Below are positions 36,655-50,220 of a DNA stretch of 64,000 bases, one piece after another. Position 1 is the stretch's first letter. Every line of letters begins with the position of its first letter. The translations under genes were made by a program, and so were the position numbers. Under the pieces are notes generated by a model. That model had not been told where the DNA came from and made no database searches. It was given only the letters and a program-made list of their open reading frames with translations. The stretch covers positions 186,001-250,000 of the forward strand of contig JASANG010003752.1 in assembly GCA_030248215.1 (NCBI GenBank), in the 5' to 3' direction. Origin of the DNA: Enoplolaimus lenunculus. Its lineage: Eukaryota.

Positions 36655-38240
36655 GATGTATTTCTGGAAACACTACCAACATTCTTAAAAGACAACAAAC
36701 GCTTTAGACAGACAATTTTGATTTTATTGGTCGTTCTATTTTTCGCACGGAGATAAAACACTCTGTATGGTTATGCAATCAGGAAAAACATGATAATCAT
36801 TCTACAGTTGCTACGTCACTATTTTAAAGCTCCTAATAAAACTAAGGGTGCTTACCAAAAAGCCGGTATGACCCCCCCAGAGCGATAGATCAAGGCAGTG
36901 TGAGTGCGTCTACTTGTCATGAGCATTTGGATTGGATGTTGCCGGAACCTCATACCGTTTCGAACTGACCAAAAAGATATTTCAGGCTGTGTAAGCGAAA
37001 TTTAAACTTAGTCCAGCATCCGCTGGATGTGAAAATAGCTGTCGTTGAAATTATACGCCGCCGAAATGAAATTCCGGTTGTATATATACCCCGGACATAG
37101 TAAACCAGTTTCGCTGATAGCTGATATTTGTGCTTCGTGCAAAACGAAGTTTACACCGCGCTAGAATTTACTATTGATAAACAACGCAAACGAATCATTT
37201 AAATTGTTAGCAATTTGTCTTTTATCTTTAAATTTGCACAACAATAAATACTTAGCTAGTAGAAACTAAATGTTTCGATTCTGACCCTTACTTAATAACA
37301 GTTTCCGGTTTTCAACCGCCAAAGTAGTGATAAACTACGGACACAAGTTTGCCCTGCGTGCCGTAAATATAGCGCTTTTGCACTATGGAATCAAGCTTCA
37401 AGCTAAGATTTAGAAAATAAAGCACTAACAATTTATCTGTGTCGGCATATTTATTTTTGGGTTCACAACTTTGTTCCGTTGGTGTATGCCTTAACCAGAC
37501 GACTAGCAAAAACCAAACGTCGGTAATCTCACAGGTTATATGTACGTTTTTTAGAATGGTCAGCAAACAAGGCTAAAACTTTTTCCATAGGGGACTTATA
37601 ATTTTATAGGAGGGTTGAACATCAATGCCCCCCTCTGGATACGGTCGAGTCAGGATTGGGTGTTTCGAAACTTGTAGGGCGATCAAGGAGAAACAAGTAG
37701 TCTTCTAACAACCCAGTAAACAATGGAAAAGATTGGCTAAAACACAAAATTAAGCCAAATTTTTTGCCGAGGGTCAGGCGTTGTTTTAGTGGTTTTGGTA
37801 TAAGATCAGCCCCTAAAATGCTAACCACAGCGTTTAACGTGTGTACAAACTATTTAATACAAAACATCGGTATTTACAGGCGTACCATCTCCCAAAGGAC
37901 CAATTTAAAGTGTGCCCCGGGTCTGTTGTAGCAGAAATCACACCATCTAATAACGAATATCGCACGTCAAAGTGAAACGAGATTGGCAACACAAAACAAC
38001 GTTGATGTCTCCCACTACTCACAGGTGGGGTACCCAAGAAGCTACGCCGAAGATCCATCTAAAATCCTGAAAGTAGACGAAAAATTGTGTTCCAAGATTA
38101 TTAAATTAATCGCTATGCTTTCTAGAAGTCAAACTATTTTCTCGCTGACTACGCTCGCTTCCTAAAAAGTTTGCTTCTGCTAAATTTTATGCCCATCCGA
38201 CCCCGGAAATCATGGCACCGTCATACCGGCGTGTCGTAGT

Positions 38241-38425
38241 GGCCCATGTATAGAACAGGGCCGGAACAGTAGTATTAGCATATTCCTAAGCCTAGCGTAT
38301 GGATGAGCATATTCCTAAGCCTGAGCCTAAGCCTAAGCCTAAACAAAAAAATTAGTCTAAAGCTTACACTGACTCTATTATAGCATCTCCGGTAAACGAT
38401 CCGGCTCCTGTTGTATACAACGGCC
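38241..38425. mobile_element. Telomere-repeat MITE family A (subfamily)
   Basis: GGCCCATGTATAGAACAGGGCCGG ... CCGGCTCCTGTTGTATACAACGGCC; TSD GTCGTAGT / GGCGTAGT. Confidence 0.88.
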
Positions 38426-39337
38426 GGCGTAGTTGTACATTTTAACCAATTTAAAACTAACGCAACGAAAATGAATTGAAATTGCCTTAAAGTAGTGTTT
38501 ACCGGTACTAAAACGGTTGTCAAACGTCGATATTAAAGTAAAATAAAAATTGTTGTTACGGTTCAACGTTTTTGTTGCACTTTTATGCAAAATCCACAAT
38601 AACTTGCGTACACCAGGCATAAAACTATTTAGTGATTGTTACGATACGATTCAGTGTTTGCCAGAGTCTCGTGCTCTTTAGCTCAAAAACGGCCCAAACT
38701 TGAGGCAGCTGTTTAATGAAAAAAATGGTTTATCGTAGTCACAAAATTCCAAAATTATAGCAGTAAATTTTCTATTTAAACAAAAGTTACCACTTTGACG
38801 CAATGATTTCTCGAGGAAATTGGACATTTTTTTGATTTTCGACTCCCGTTCATATGAGAATACATTGGTTATTTTTGTTTTAATTTTATTAAATCCAGTG
38901 TATATTTACAATGTTCACATTTGTTATCGTGGAAAAATATAAAATCGAATGTATTGTTAAAATACTTCAATATCTGTTTTCCGTTTCCGTTCATTTTGAC
39001 ATTATGTGTTTATGTTATCCGTTCTTGCTGATAATTGATTTTTTATTATCAAAAAATGTCTGAGCCAAACTAAGCTGTGATGCTTGCGTTTTGGCACCAG
39101 CTCAAATTATCTGCATTAATCATACAAATTCTGCCGTTTAGTGACAAATTTTGTTTTTAACTAAAAATAACATTTCAAGCTTAAAATTAAATATTAAAAG
39201 TCTGTTAAAATAATCAACTCCGCTTAAACTTTAGCACAAAATGTACAAACTGGCTTTTTGAAATCGACAAAAAAACAACTTGAATGGCGTTTTTCGAATA
39301 GAAAGATTTAAATAAACAGTTTCTGTTGGCGTCAAAG

Positions 39338-39338
39338 T

Positions 39339-39375
<37 letters not shown>

Positions 39376-39390
39376 CAACAACACAACAAC

Positions 39391-39441
<51 letters not shown>

Positions 39442-39459
39442 CAACAACAACACAACAAC

Positions 39460-39501
<42 letters not shown>

Positions 39502-39516
39502 CAACAACACAACAAC

Positions 39517-39574
<58 letters not shown>

Positions 39575-39608
39575 GAACACCAACAAGAACAACAACAACA
39601 ACAACAAG

Positions 39609-39667
<59 letters not shown>

Positions 39668-39690
39668 GAACAACAACAACAGCAACAACA
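39338..39690. repeat. (CAA)n microsatellite, about 350 bp with interruptions
   Basis: Directly visible. Confidence 0.98.
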
Positions 39691-41045
39691 CATTGCGATG
39701 TCAACTGTGTTAGACACACCAAAACAGCCATATATATTTTAAAACTATAGAACTTTTAGACAAAATAGCAAAACTAAAATTTAATTAGATACCAAAAGAA
39801 CGTGTGACCTTATCATATCGATGTGACTTGGTACAATCGGGGAATACGGCTTACCGCAGACTTAGTTGCGGATCCAAAAATTTCTTAAACAGGCGTCGCA
39901 CGCAAGGTACAATATTACGTTGCTGGAAAAAAAGTTGCCAACGAAACAAGAGTGAAGCCAAACGCTATTTTAGTGTTAATTTTTAATATAAAATCTTGGT
40001 TTTGATTCGTGTTGAGGGAACATTGGCCTCAGCGGCCGTCTTGTTATTGATTCACCTGAGATGCAGGGACTATATTGTGACAAAAGTAAAACGAAACGCG
40101 CTAAACAGATAAATTTTGCAAAATTATGCAAAATTTTACTACCGAAATAGCCGGCACCTCCGGCAAAAATTCTACCGGAGCCGGAGGCCGATTTTCTGCC
40201 CGAGTTTGAGCCGAAAGCAGACCTCCGGTTGTATCCTGGGTCGCGCTATATTTTTTGATAATTTAAGCGACGTTCGGCGTCGCTCGGCATTCCACCCTGA
40301 TTATTTTACTACCGGCAGTTCCACCATTTTGTCACAGAGGGATTTTAAGGTATTTTTTGACACTCAAAAATTGAATGAATTTGTAAGAATTTGCTTAGAA
40401 ACGGTGCAAAATTAGTTTTCTAAAATAACAGTTGACTTTCGTTAAGGATTTAACTCTGGTTTTCAGACAAGCCAAATACAATATTTTATCTTAATATTTA
40501 AAGACATAAATAATTATCAATGAAAAAAAGTAAACAAAAAACAATAAAGAAGAACATCCGCAACGTTTTCTAGACAGACGCTGTGTTTATTTGCATAATT
40601 CTTGTGCTGACATTCAGTTTAAAAACAATTTTACAATCATTGACCGAGCTGAAGATATACAACCAGGGCCGAAACCACCAAATAAGGATCCAAACCAAAA
40701 TTTCGTATTTGAACCTAAAATTGTGTTTGGCTTATCGGTCGTTTCGCTCGCGAGTTTTTTACTATTTATATTGTATGTGACGTCATCAGAAATTACATGA
40801 TTCGCCACTGTATCAATAATGCGACTTTTTTCAGTTTTTTTAATTATTTTAAGCTTTTTTGTCCGGTTTTTATGAAGTCATTTTTTGCACATTTCGGAAC
40901 CGGAAATTTGATTTTGCAACCAAACTTTATCTTATGAGCATTTTATCGGTTTCGTGCAAAACATATACAGAAGCACTACGTTTATGCTTTATATATCAAA
41001 ATACCACAGAATGAAGATGTTCTCGAATTTGAGCATTGAGTTTCT

Positions 41046-41251
41046 GGCCCATGTAAAAATCAGGGTTGGAACGTTTTTCTGTGGGACTAGAATAAAATAA
41101 GCTTAACCTTTAGACTATTTTTTGCTTGGCATAGGCTTAGGCTTAGGCTTAGGAATATGCTCAGTCTTACGCTTAGGCATAGGCTTAGGCTTGAGCTTGG
41201 GCTTAGAAATATGTTTATAATACTGTTCTGCCGTTGTTCTTTACATCGGCC
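41046..41251. mobile_element. Telomere-repeat MITE family A
   Basis: GGCCCATGTAAAAATCAGGG ... TTCTTTACATCGGCC; flanks GAGTTTCT / GAGTTTGC. Confidence 0.88.
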
Positions 41252-41919
41252 GAGTTTGCTACGATGATAAACTAGTCCCTTTCGGCACAGTTGGATTCTA
41301 ATTTCAATGTAAATTTTGAATCAGAAATGAAATTGAAAATGTTTACGAAGCGAACAATAATCGAAAATGCATCTAAGAATCATCCAAACTCGACAACAGA
41401 TTTAGTCATTTTGAAAATGACTGAAACTCGAGTAAATTTTATTCCGCGTACGCGGCACAGTACAAAATCACTACAAGACGTAAAAGCCTCGCTTTGGTTG
41501 AGTGAAGCGTTCAGAAACTCCTTTGATCCTAAAATCCCAAGTTCAAATTTGAGTCTTCGACTAAGATGTTGATTGAAATCAAATCAATTCATACTGTAGT
41601 CAAAAACTTTGGTGAGTCAATTTAAAAATGCTATATGCATTAGCGCCGAGTGTTTTCAACTAAAATGTTACCAGGAACAGCGGGATACCAATCAACGTTT
41701 CTGAAGCTTTGCACAATATTGGAGTGGTGTATTAATAGCTAACGCTGGTAAAATTAAATTTTATCCCAATATTTTGAACAAAAATATTCCGCAGAGATTG
41801 GGCTGTCATCAACTCAAGGTCTCAGTATGTCCTCGCGTACGGTACGTTGGTTCCATACGCAAAGGAAGCCACGTTTAAGCTGTTTAACCTTTTGTTTACC
41901 TTAAGATTTCTACAGTTTA

Positions 41920-42274
41920 CTGTAGTGACCCTCTTATTTATTTTTAACCCCCGCTCCGCCACTCTTCGTTACTGATATATATCCGGTACTGCAATTATCC
42001 GTTAAATTAAACGTTTGTTTGTCTTGTGACAAGGTTATACTTAGGAATGTACTTTCAAAATTTAAGTACGCTTTAAAGTTTTTGAACTCAAATTACTTGG
42101 TCCTGGAGTCATTTATGCGCTACAGTTAGGGTTATTTGACATTTATGGAATCTTATTAGGGTTTAGGGACCGTATCCGCTTACGGACTCTTATTAGGAAT
42201 ATGGACTCTTATTGATTCGACCTCAAAATGGAGACCACCCTCTGATTACCCCCGTCTTATTGGGGTCAATACAG
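41920..42274. mobile_element. MITE family D copy, internally deleted
   Basis: TA|CTGTAGTGACCC ... GGGGTCAATACAG|TA. Confidence 0.85.
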
Positions 42275-42669
42275 TACGCTGTCAAATACTTGTTCGGGCG
42301 CGTAGTCAGAGGGGGTTCAGCCGCCTAAAAATCTTACTGGTACCCCTAGAAAAATTTGAAAAACTTGCATGCTCCTTGTAAAAAATTTCAACCTTTCCCC
42401 GGTAAGGCGAGTTGGCCAATAGCCTGCACTTTATTGTCAGGTTAGTAGTTATATGTCAGAACAGCCAGGATGTTGATAAGGGGTAGTCCATGTTGGTGCC
42501 TGCTCCCCCCGTTGGTCCGAACGGACGAGAATTGTTTAACTGCGCATATCCAAAATACGAAGTGTTCCGATATTTCGCTGAAAACAAATTTTGCACTTCT
42601 CACGCACAAACTAAATATCATTTTAGACATGTTAGCGTCACTTACTTCATAACGAATCCTCGCCCTGTT

Positions 42670-42878
42670 GGCCAATGTAAAGAACACGGCGGAAATGTGT
42701 TATAAGCTTATTCCTAAGCCTAAGCCTAAGCCTAAGCCTAAGCCTAAGCGTAAGGATGATTATATTCCTAAGTGTAAGCCTAAACCTAAGCCAAGCAAAA
42801 AAAATTAGTCTAAAGCTTAAGCTTTACTCTATTGCCGTCCCACAGAAAAACGTTCCTCCTTGATCTTTACACAGGACC
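42670..42878. mobile_element. Telomere-repeat MITE family A
   Basis: GGCCAATGTAAAGAACACGGCGGAA ... TGATCTTTACACAGGACC with a pure GCCTAA run; TSD unclear. Confidence 0.85.
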
Positions 42879-43534
42879 CCTGGGTCAAACGCGGACGAAT
42901 CTAACGAAGATTCAGATACTCTCAAAAAATGGTGACAAATATTAATTACAGCGGATAAAAATATATATCGAGAACGGAGATTTGATGTGGACCGTAACCT
43001 TGACTTTATTGGTGGTCCGTTTTGGAAGAATCGACCGCGGTTTTTCTCTGATCCTTAGCTTCGAAATCGCGGACGAATACTTTTCCATGTTACAGTATCC
43101 CACTGCCTTGCTTATCTTACGCCTGCCTCCTGTAGGGATCTTGTTTGCTGAAACACCAATTTATGCGATTTCTAAAAAATTTCCGCCTTTGGCTTAATAC
43201 AGGTTCAGCATTGCGTGCGCCCCGCGTATATGTGGGTTTCTTTTAGGGCCCGAATCGGTTATGCCTAGTGCCTTTAACCACGACCTGTGTGAAAAACTGT
43301 AGTTTCATTATTTTCGCTGTTATACCTCGAAAAATAACACCACAGTCAGAACAAAATAACTTGAAAAACTGAAGAAATAGCATATTCAGACGGTAAAACG
43401 AGTAATAAAATAACGGAAACGGAAAACGGATATTTAAGCATAAAAGTGTCAAAGATATATATGTTGTTTTCCTGCCTTACATACTTAAGGCGCACAATAC
43501 TTCATTGGGCTCTCTAAAATTTCAAAGAAGAAAT

Positions 43535-43693
43535 GGCTAATGTAAAGAACAAGGGCGGTACAGTATTATAACCATATTCCTAAGTCTAAACCTAAGCGTA
43601 AGCCTAAGCCAAGCAAAATAATTAGTCTAAAGCTTAAGCTTAATCTATTGCAGTCCCACAGAAAAACGTTCCGCCCTGATCTTTACATGACCC
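43535..43693. mobile_element. Telomere-repeat MITE family A, short copy
   Basis: GGCTAATGTAAAGAACAAGGGCGG ... CCGCCCTGATCTTTACATGACC. Confidence 0.85.
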
Positions 43694-44368
43694 AAAAAAT
43701 AGTGAATGTTCCGAAATTTATAAGATTTTGGATGAATTTCGTAATTTTTATATCGCATCGAACAATTGCAGCATATGTTGCTGTAATAAAAAATTCGAGC
43801 GATTAAGCGACTTATAACTAGTTTCGAGCATAAAAATAACGGGATTTCCAGTATTTCTATAGCGGAAACGGAAACCGAGTTCATTTTTAGCGTAAAACGG
43901 ATATCAAGTTGCATCCTGGTGTATATTGTTTTGAAAAAATTATGCAGTAAATATTGCAACCAGCTTTGTCCATGGCAAAATTTTCACAAATACTTATAAA
44001 AATTAAAAACAAACCATATTCCATACGCTAAGGCTTAGGCAGGCTTAGGAATATGTATATACTAACTTTTTTGTTTAGCTTGCGGAAACCCTTAGGCTTA
44101 GGCTTAGGCTTAGGCTCCCCCTACATGGCCCGTTTTTTATGTTAAGCTTTGAAGCGGAAAAACATTACATGAGCGAAATAAAATTGCAAAATTGAAAAAA
44201 TATTAATTTCCACAAAAACAATGACATTTTATACTTTTGATGACGTTTGACGCCGTCCGTCACAGTTCGGCGTTGTCCGTCACCGTACGTCGGTGTGCGG
44301 TATCGTTAGTGAATGATATACTCACGTACGATACCGTATGGTGACAACGCACGACAAGTATTTTAGTC

Positions 44369-44560
44369 AGCCCATGTTACTTTAAGGGGCGTCCAGGTTT
44401 CTGGTTGTTCTAAAAAGAGTTTGTTTAGGTTCTGAATTCTATCTTTTTGCTTAGATTTAGGCTTAGACTTAGGAACTCATTTTTGCAACGCTCAGGCTTA
44501 AGCTTATGCTTTTAGGAATACGCTTCATCTACTGTTACGCCCCTCAAAGTAACATTGGCA
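44369..44560. mobile_element. Telomere-repeat MITE family B
   Basis: AGCCCATGTTACTTTAAGGGGCGT ... ACGCCCCTCAAAGTAACATTGGCA; TSD TTTTAGTC / CTTTAGTC. Confidence 0.9.
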
Positions 44561-45053
44561 CTTTAGTCTGCACTATTCAGTGAGCTGGTCCCTAAATTTG
44601 GGCCAACTTTTTGGAAATCAAATTGGCCAAATTTGATACGAAGCTAAAAACCAAAATTGTTAATTTTATTGATATCGTTTACAATTATACCGAATGTATT
44701 TTGATATTTGTTCGCAATTTACTTGTTTTGGCTACGGCAAATTGGGGAATACTTGGCGAGAGATTTAAAATACTCTTAAATGTTTCGATTTTTGAAATAA
44801 AAAATAAAAAAAATGAAATCATTTGACTATTTTTTTCGTATGAAAGAAAAACGGAATGTACCAGGCTACACGTTGGGAAGTATTTTTACAGTCGAGTAAA
44901 ATTTCGTGTAAAAAAGTGGCAGCTGTCAGTAGTTCTTGTGTGGTCTACGAGCGTTTTTAGTTTAAAAAATTGTGAAAAAGTTTCGCCCGCTGGGTACAGC
45001 AATGTCAATTGTATTTGTCATGAAAGTGAAAGTGTAAATATGTTAAGAAGTAT

Positions 45054-45360
45054 GGCCAGTGTAAAGAACAGGGGCGGAACAGTATTCTATGCATACGTTT
45101 AAGCCTAAGCGTAAGCTTAAGTGTTAAAGGATGAGCCTATTCCTTAGCCTAAGCCTGAGCCTAAGCCTAAGTGTAAAGATGAGCCTATTCCTAAGCGTAA
45201 CCCTAAGCCTAAGCCTAAGCGTAAAGATGAGCCTACTCCTAAGCTTAATAGTTTACACCTGAGCCTAATCAAAGCAAAAAAATTAGTCTAACGCATAAGC
45301 TTTACTATATATATTGCAGTCGCACAGAAAAGCGTTCCGCCCCTGTTCTTTACATGGGTG
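45054..45360. mobile_element. Telomere-repeat MITE family A, internally expanded
   Basis: GGCCAGTGTAAAGAACAGGGGCGGAAC ... GTTCCGCCCCTGTTCTTTACATGGG; three (GCCTAA)n-GTAAAGATGAGCCTATTC units. Confidence 0.88.
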
Positions 45361-46970
45361 AAAAGTTTGAATCAGAAAAATAGTACACGATTTAGTATAA
45401 AATCCAAGTTCTCTAACGGAAATCATATCTTAAGGGTTGCGTTATACTTGCCGCGTGACGCCGGATGCGCCGTGCTGCCATCGCACGGTCCCATAAAATT
45501 TTCATTAAAAATACCATCAAATAGATTTTGCTCATACTTTTGTTAAGAAAGCATTGCGGCGTGCGACTGCGTCCGGACCAGTAAAGTATAGCGCAGCCCT
45601 ACACTGCAAAAAATGGTGAGTCAAAATTGACTCTCTCCGAAATAGGCTTTTCCTGACTACAAAAACTGAGCCAAAATAAGACTCCGTCAGAGTCAAATTT
45701 TCGTATCACCTATCGCCAGTTAAAAATAAGTGCTTCATACTGACCAACTCCTGCATTTGCTAAATTTCAAAATTGGTACAAAAGTAGAACACGTCGAATG
45801 CAACAAATACGCTTAATTTTGAACCTCACCATGCAGTGATTCAAAAGCTATAAAGCCTATCACCAATTGGTGATAAGCGCTACTCACATTTCAGAATACG
45901 AGTCGAGATGTGAAATGAAACAGATTATATTCCTGCGGAAAAAGCAAATACAGGATCAAAATAATGATTTGTAGATTCTAGCGCAGTTTTGTCTTTTCAC
46001 AGTTTGAAAACTTATATTTTTTCACAAAGAACTTTAACTTTAGATGAATTATATACTCAGTAATGGGTAAGATTTTATGTATTTGGAAATGTATCAACAT
46101 ACCAAAAACACTTAAAACTCCATACAACTATAAGATATCATAGCTGTATGTAGCAAATCAGCAATTGAACAATAGTTAATATATATGCGGTACAGAACAT
46201 ATTGGTGGCTTGGTTTCTAAAATCTTACTTAAGTATTTACTTAAGTTATGCTTAAGTTATAGCGTAAGTCGCTGACTCAAGTAAGTAAATATTTAACTTT
46301 TCGAACAAAACACGTAAACACCAAATGTGAGCCATTGTCATAAACAAATAATCGTTTTGATTTATATTAAAGAGGCACCACGAGTGATTACGCTTTTAAA
46401 AACGACAAAATGGCTAAGTAAATCATTTAGCACGTACTTAAAGTACCAAGTGATACTTTTTCAGAAACCAGCCATTGTTTTGAAAGCAAAAAAATTCCAA
46501 CACAAAATTCTGTGCTCCATGCAAACTATCGGGTCCTGAAGCCCAAATTTACTTAAACCTAAACCTAAGTTTAAGCCCAGTAAGCTTAAATCTCAACACA
46601 GCATACTCCTAAACCGAAGCCTGAACGTAAAATATCCCAGAGACCTGTTTAGTCTCCTTGTTCCCATTGGACACAAGTTCTTATGATTCATCATAGGCCA
46701 ACTTGTTTTAATGCCAAAAAAATTTGCTACGGGTGGCGTAAAATATCAAATTCATACAATGGCGACAACCCTCATCTTTGTTTCCAAAGTAAAGCTGAAA
46801 ATGTGTTTAATTTAACAAAAAAAGACAAAGTTTATTACAAACATTCAGAGATACGATTTAAAATTTAAAGTTTCGGCAATAACTCATTTATGATTTTCGC
46901 AGTGTTTGAAATGGCCCTGGATTTTGAGTTACGGACGACTGTTTACTATATGAAATATGAATTTTTGCTA

Positions 46971-47179
46971 CACTGCAAAAAATGGTGAGTCAAATTGACT
47001 CTCTCCGAAATAGGCTCTACGGGACTACACAAACTGAGTCAAATTCGACTCCGCCAGAGTCAAATGTGCGACTCAGTGAGCCGAATTTGGCTCTGGCGGA
47101 GTCGAATTTGACTCAGTTTGTGTAGTCCCGTAGAGCCTATTTCGGAGGGAGTCAATTTGACTCACCATTTTTTGCAGTG
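46971..47179. mobile_element. Palindromic MITE family F, near-perfect 209-bp hairpin
   Basis: TA|CACTGCAAAAAATGGTGAGTC ... GACTCACCATTTTTTGCAGTG|TA; arms differ at only a few positions. Confidence 0.93.
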
Positions 47180-47979
47180 TACATATTTGAGGTATTAATT
47201 TGGCACAGCTAAATCATCTTAGGTACTATTAAACAGAAACAAAATTTTGCGAATATATTGGGGGGAGGTTCGTATTTGGCGTTCCCCAGGACGGGTACTG
47301 CAGTAACATCGTTGCAATTATAATCCACATAAGCTTTGATTCGTTGTTTAAATGTTGAACAAATGAGAAACGATAACAGTGATTGCAAAATGTAAACAAA
47401 TTGATTTCTCAAAACAACATCAATTTATTCAAAATAATAATAAACCAAAATTATATTTGCCACACTTAAAACGTTCTTTTTTGATGACAATTTTAGAATG
47501 CTTCTACGATTGGAAAGATTACCTTATGATGAGGTCTGAGCGCTGGAAATACTGGCGGCACTTAGCTAATGGGAGGCTTAGAGCTGGGCCTAAAACTACG
47601 ATTAGGTTCAGCTTTAATAAAACAAAGGTAAGACTTATACTAAAGTTTTGTCATTTGGGTTAGCTTAGGCTTAGGCGTAGGTTCAGGCTTATGCTGAGTG
47701 GGCAGACTACTATAACTAACATGCAAAGATTTATATATTCTGGAATGTTTAGCAGATATAAAGGGGTTTGCTTGAAAGGTCTGCGCTTTAGTTTACGTTT
47801 CGGGCGAGAAAAACAAATAAACTTTTTGAAAGTAAAATAAACTTTTTAAATTTAAGACATCTTTTCACTCGTCGTAAAAATTGCGTTTTATATTTTAATA
47901 GTTTTCAAGGTCAATACTGGCGTAATTAGTGGCATACGTCTGAGACAAATTTCACGCCGTCTAGAAACAAATTCGTATA

Positions 47980-47989
47980 TATACATACA

Positions 47990-48018
<29 letters not shown>
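47980..48018. repeat. (ATAC)n microsatellite
   Basis: Directly visible. Confidence 0.9.
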
Positions 48019-48025
<7 letters not shown>

Positions 48026-48262
48026 TTATATTTGACAGTTTTCGAAGGTAGGTCTAATGATTAAAAATCAAAGTGCCAGACCTTATCTCCGAGAAAATTA
48101 TTTGTATTAAGTTTGAGACATGAACAGAGTCGATGTGATAATTTAAAATTTCATCATGCGAACGTGGTTTTAGGCAGACAAAAACCACAACGAGCGCTGG
48201 GTACACATTCTGTGGTGTGCACAAAATAAAGACCCCGAGTTGTGTACTCTTTAGAGCGATAT

Positions 48263-48703
48263 CAGGGTGCAACCGGAACAGTATGGCTCCGGTTCCGGCC
48301 GTGTAGAATTTTTACCAGCCGGTAAATGGCGGTAGTGAAATAATTTTGTGCAGTTGTACAAAATTTCGGCCAATGTTGCTTTTAGGTGCTGTAACAGTAG
48401 ATTAAGCGAATTGGGAATAAGCGCAATACTGAAAGAAAATTGTTTCAGAAACCCTGAGGGGTTGCAGCTGCGTCCAGCAAGTTACAACCGGAGGTCTGCC
48501 TTCGGCTCCGGCGCCGGCAGAAAATCGGCTTTCGGCTCCTGTACAATTTTTGCCGGAGGTTTCGGCACTCAGAAAATTAATGCAAAAACCGCACACAACA
48601 ACATATTGCAGATGTTAACTATAATTAACCATCATTTTTACAACCTAATTCCGCCTCACCTCCGGCTTTGGCTCCGGTATTTTTCACTGTCGGTTGCACC
48701 CTG
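48263..48703. mobile_element. hAT-like MITE (CAGGGTGCAACCGG ends)
   Basis: CAGGGTGCAACCGG ... TCGGTTGCACCCTG; body related to 50406-50752 in reverse orientation; TSD not evident. Confidence 0.8.
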
Positions 48704-49152
48704 GCATACAGCGACAATGTCTAAAGGTCAACGATTAAAGGTATCCGGAAATGAACTAATCGTTAGTTTTCGCGAATTGGAGCAAAATTTGAGGTTAAAC
48801 TTTGGAAAAAAAGCATCTGGCAATTTAACCCAAAAATATCAAAAGTATTAATCCGACACAAAAAACAAATCATAAATATTGAATTTTGAAATATTTTATT
48901 TGTGAGTTTGCGGGTTCTGCTTTTATCGTTTATCATAAATCAAATGCTAAAGTTTTAAATGTGGTGGGGTCTGCCATCGAACACAGAGTTTTCTGACATT
49001 CGCAATTCTTAGACTCTCACAGCAATGATTAATTGCAGAGCGAAAAAGTTTGCAGTTTTTACACAGGACACTTTTTGGATTTGCTGTTTACCCATCGTTG
49101 GATCATGAAAGTTTTAACGGAATGAATTCTGCAAATGAGGTACTGTAGTGAC

Positions 49153-49545
49153 CAGGGTGTAAACGGATGGTAAAAATAACGGAAACGGAAATTGAAGTAT
49201 TAACGTTTCAAAGATGTTGCTTGCTAAAATATACAAAAATGGCGGATGCACCGAAATTTTTAAGATTTTTGATGAATTTCGTAAGTTTTTTTTATCATTT
49301 GGAACAATCGCAGCATATCTGTAATGAAAAATTGCGAGATATTTTTTTGCTTAGGCTTAGGCTGAGGAATAGGCTCATTCATACGCTTAGGCTTAGGAAT
49401 ATGCTTATACCACTGTTCCGGTCCTGTTCTATAAATGGGCCGGATTTACAACTAATTTTGAGCATAAAAATAACAAGGTGTCCAGTCGTCTATGACGAAA
49501 ACGACCACGAATGTTTACCGGAAACGGATATCCGGTGACACCCTG
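49153..49545. mobile_element. hAT-like MITE (CAGGGTGTAAACGG ends) containing a telomere-repeat MITE fragment
   Basis: CAGGGTGTAAACGGAT ... ATCCGGTGACACCCTG; flanks GTAGTGAC / GTGGTAAC inside a family D TIR; family A fragment at about 49340-49441. Confidence 0.78.
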
Positions 49546-50220
49546 GTGGTAACCCGAATAAATGATACAAGTGACTGACTTTATTTCTCGTCACATCAAG
49601 CAGTTGCTGCATATTTGTGCTGAGGATCTCAAAAATTTACCGAATTTTTTATATTTTTGAAATTGATCCGACCGGAAACACACACCAATGACTTTATAAA
49701 ACACAGGTTGCAAAATTCCATGGGCTCTTACGACCAGGCAGGCGGAAACAGGGTTTCATTCGGCACAGAAAACCCTAAAACCAACCGAAATTAGGTGGCA
49801 TGATGCTCGAATGGAGATCAAGCTACTTCGCCAGCTTTTTAGACACTTGAAGCTTTTATGAAAGGTCGAAAAAATTCTGCGATTTATTATAACATTCCGG
49901 TTTTCGGGTAAACTGCTCCGCCACGATAGTTGAATCAATATTCGCCCGTATAACTCACATCATTCAACTTTTTATATCACAGTACTTATACAAATATATA
50001 CATCAACACGCAATCATGTTGTCTTGCTGTGAAAACCTTCCCAAGAACACAAATAAAAGCTACGGCAATTCACCAAACAGCAGCAAAAATACCGAAAACA
50101 GAAACGGATAGAAAAATATGTCACACATTTAAGAAACTACAGATTCCAATTTTATCAATTAAAATGCTATTCAGCTACTTCATAAAATGTGCTTTTAAAG
50201 TAATTGTATACACAATGATT

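Noticed and set aside
39214..39731. Poly-Cys, poly-Val and poly-Leu ORFs
   Set aside because: Reverse-strand readings of the CAA microsatellite.
48348..48851. 167-aa ORF as possible transposase
   Set aside because: Lies in and beyond a short hAT-like MITE; no DDE or BED motifs.
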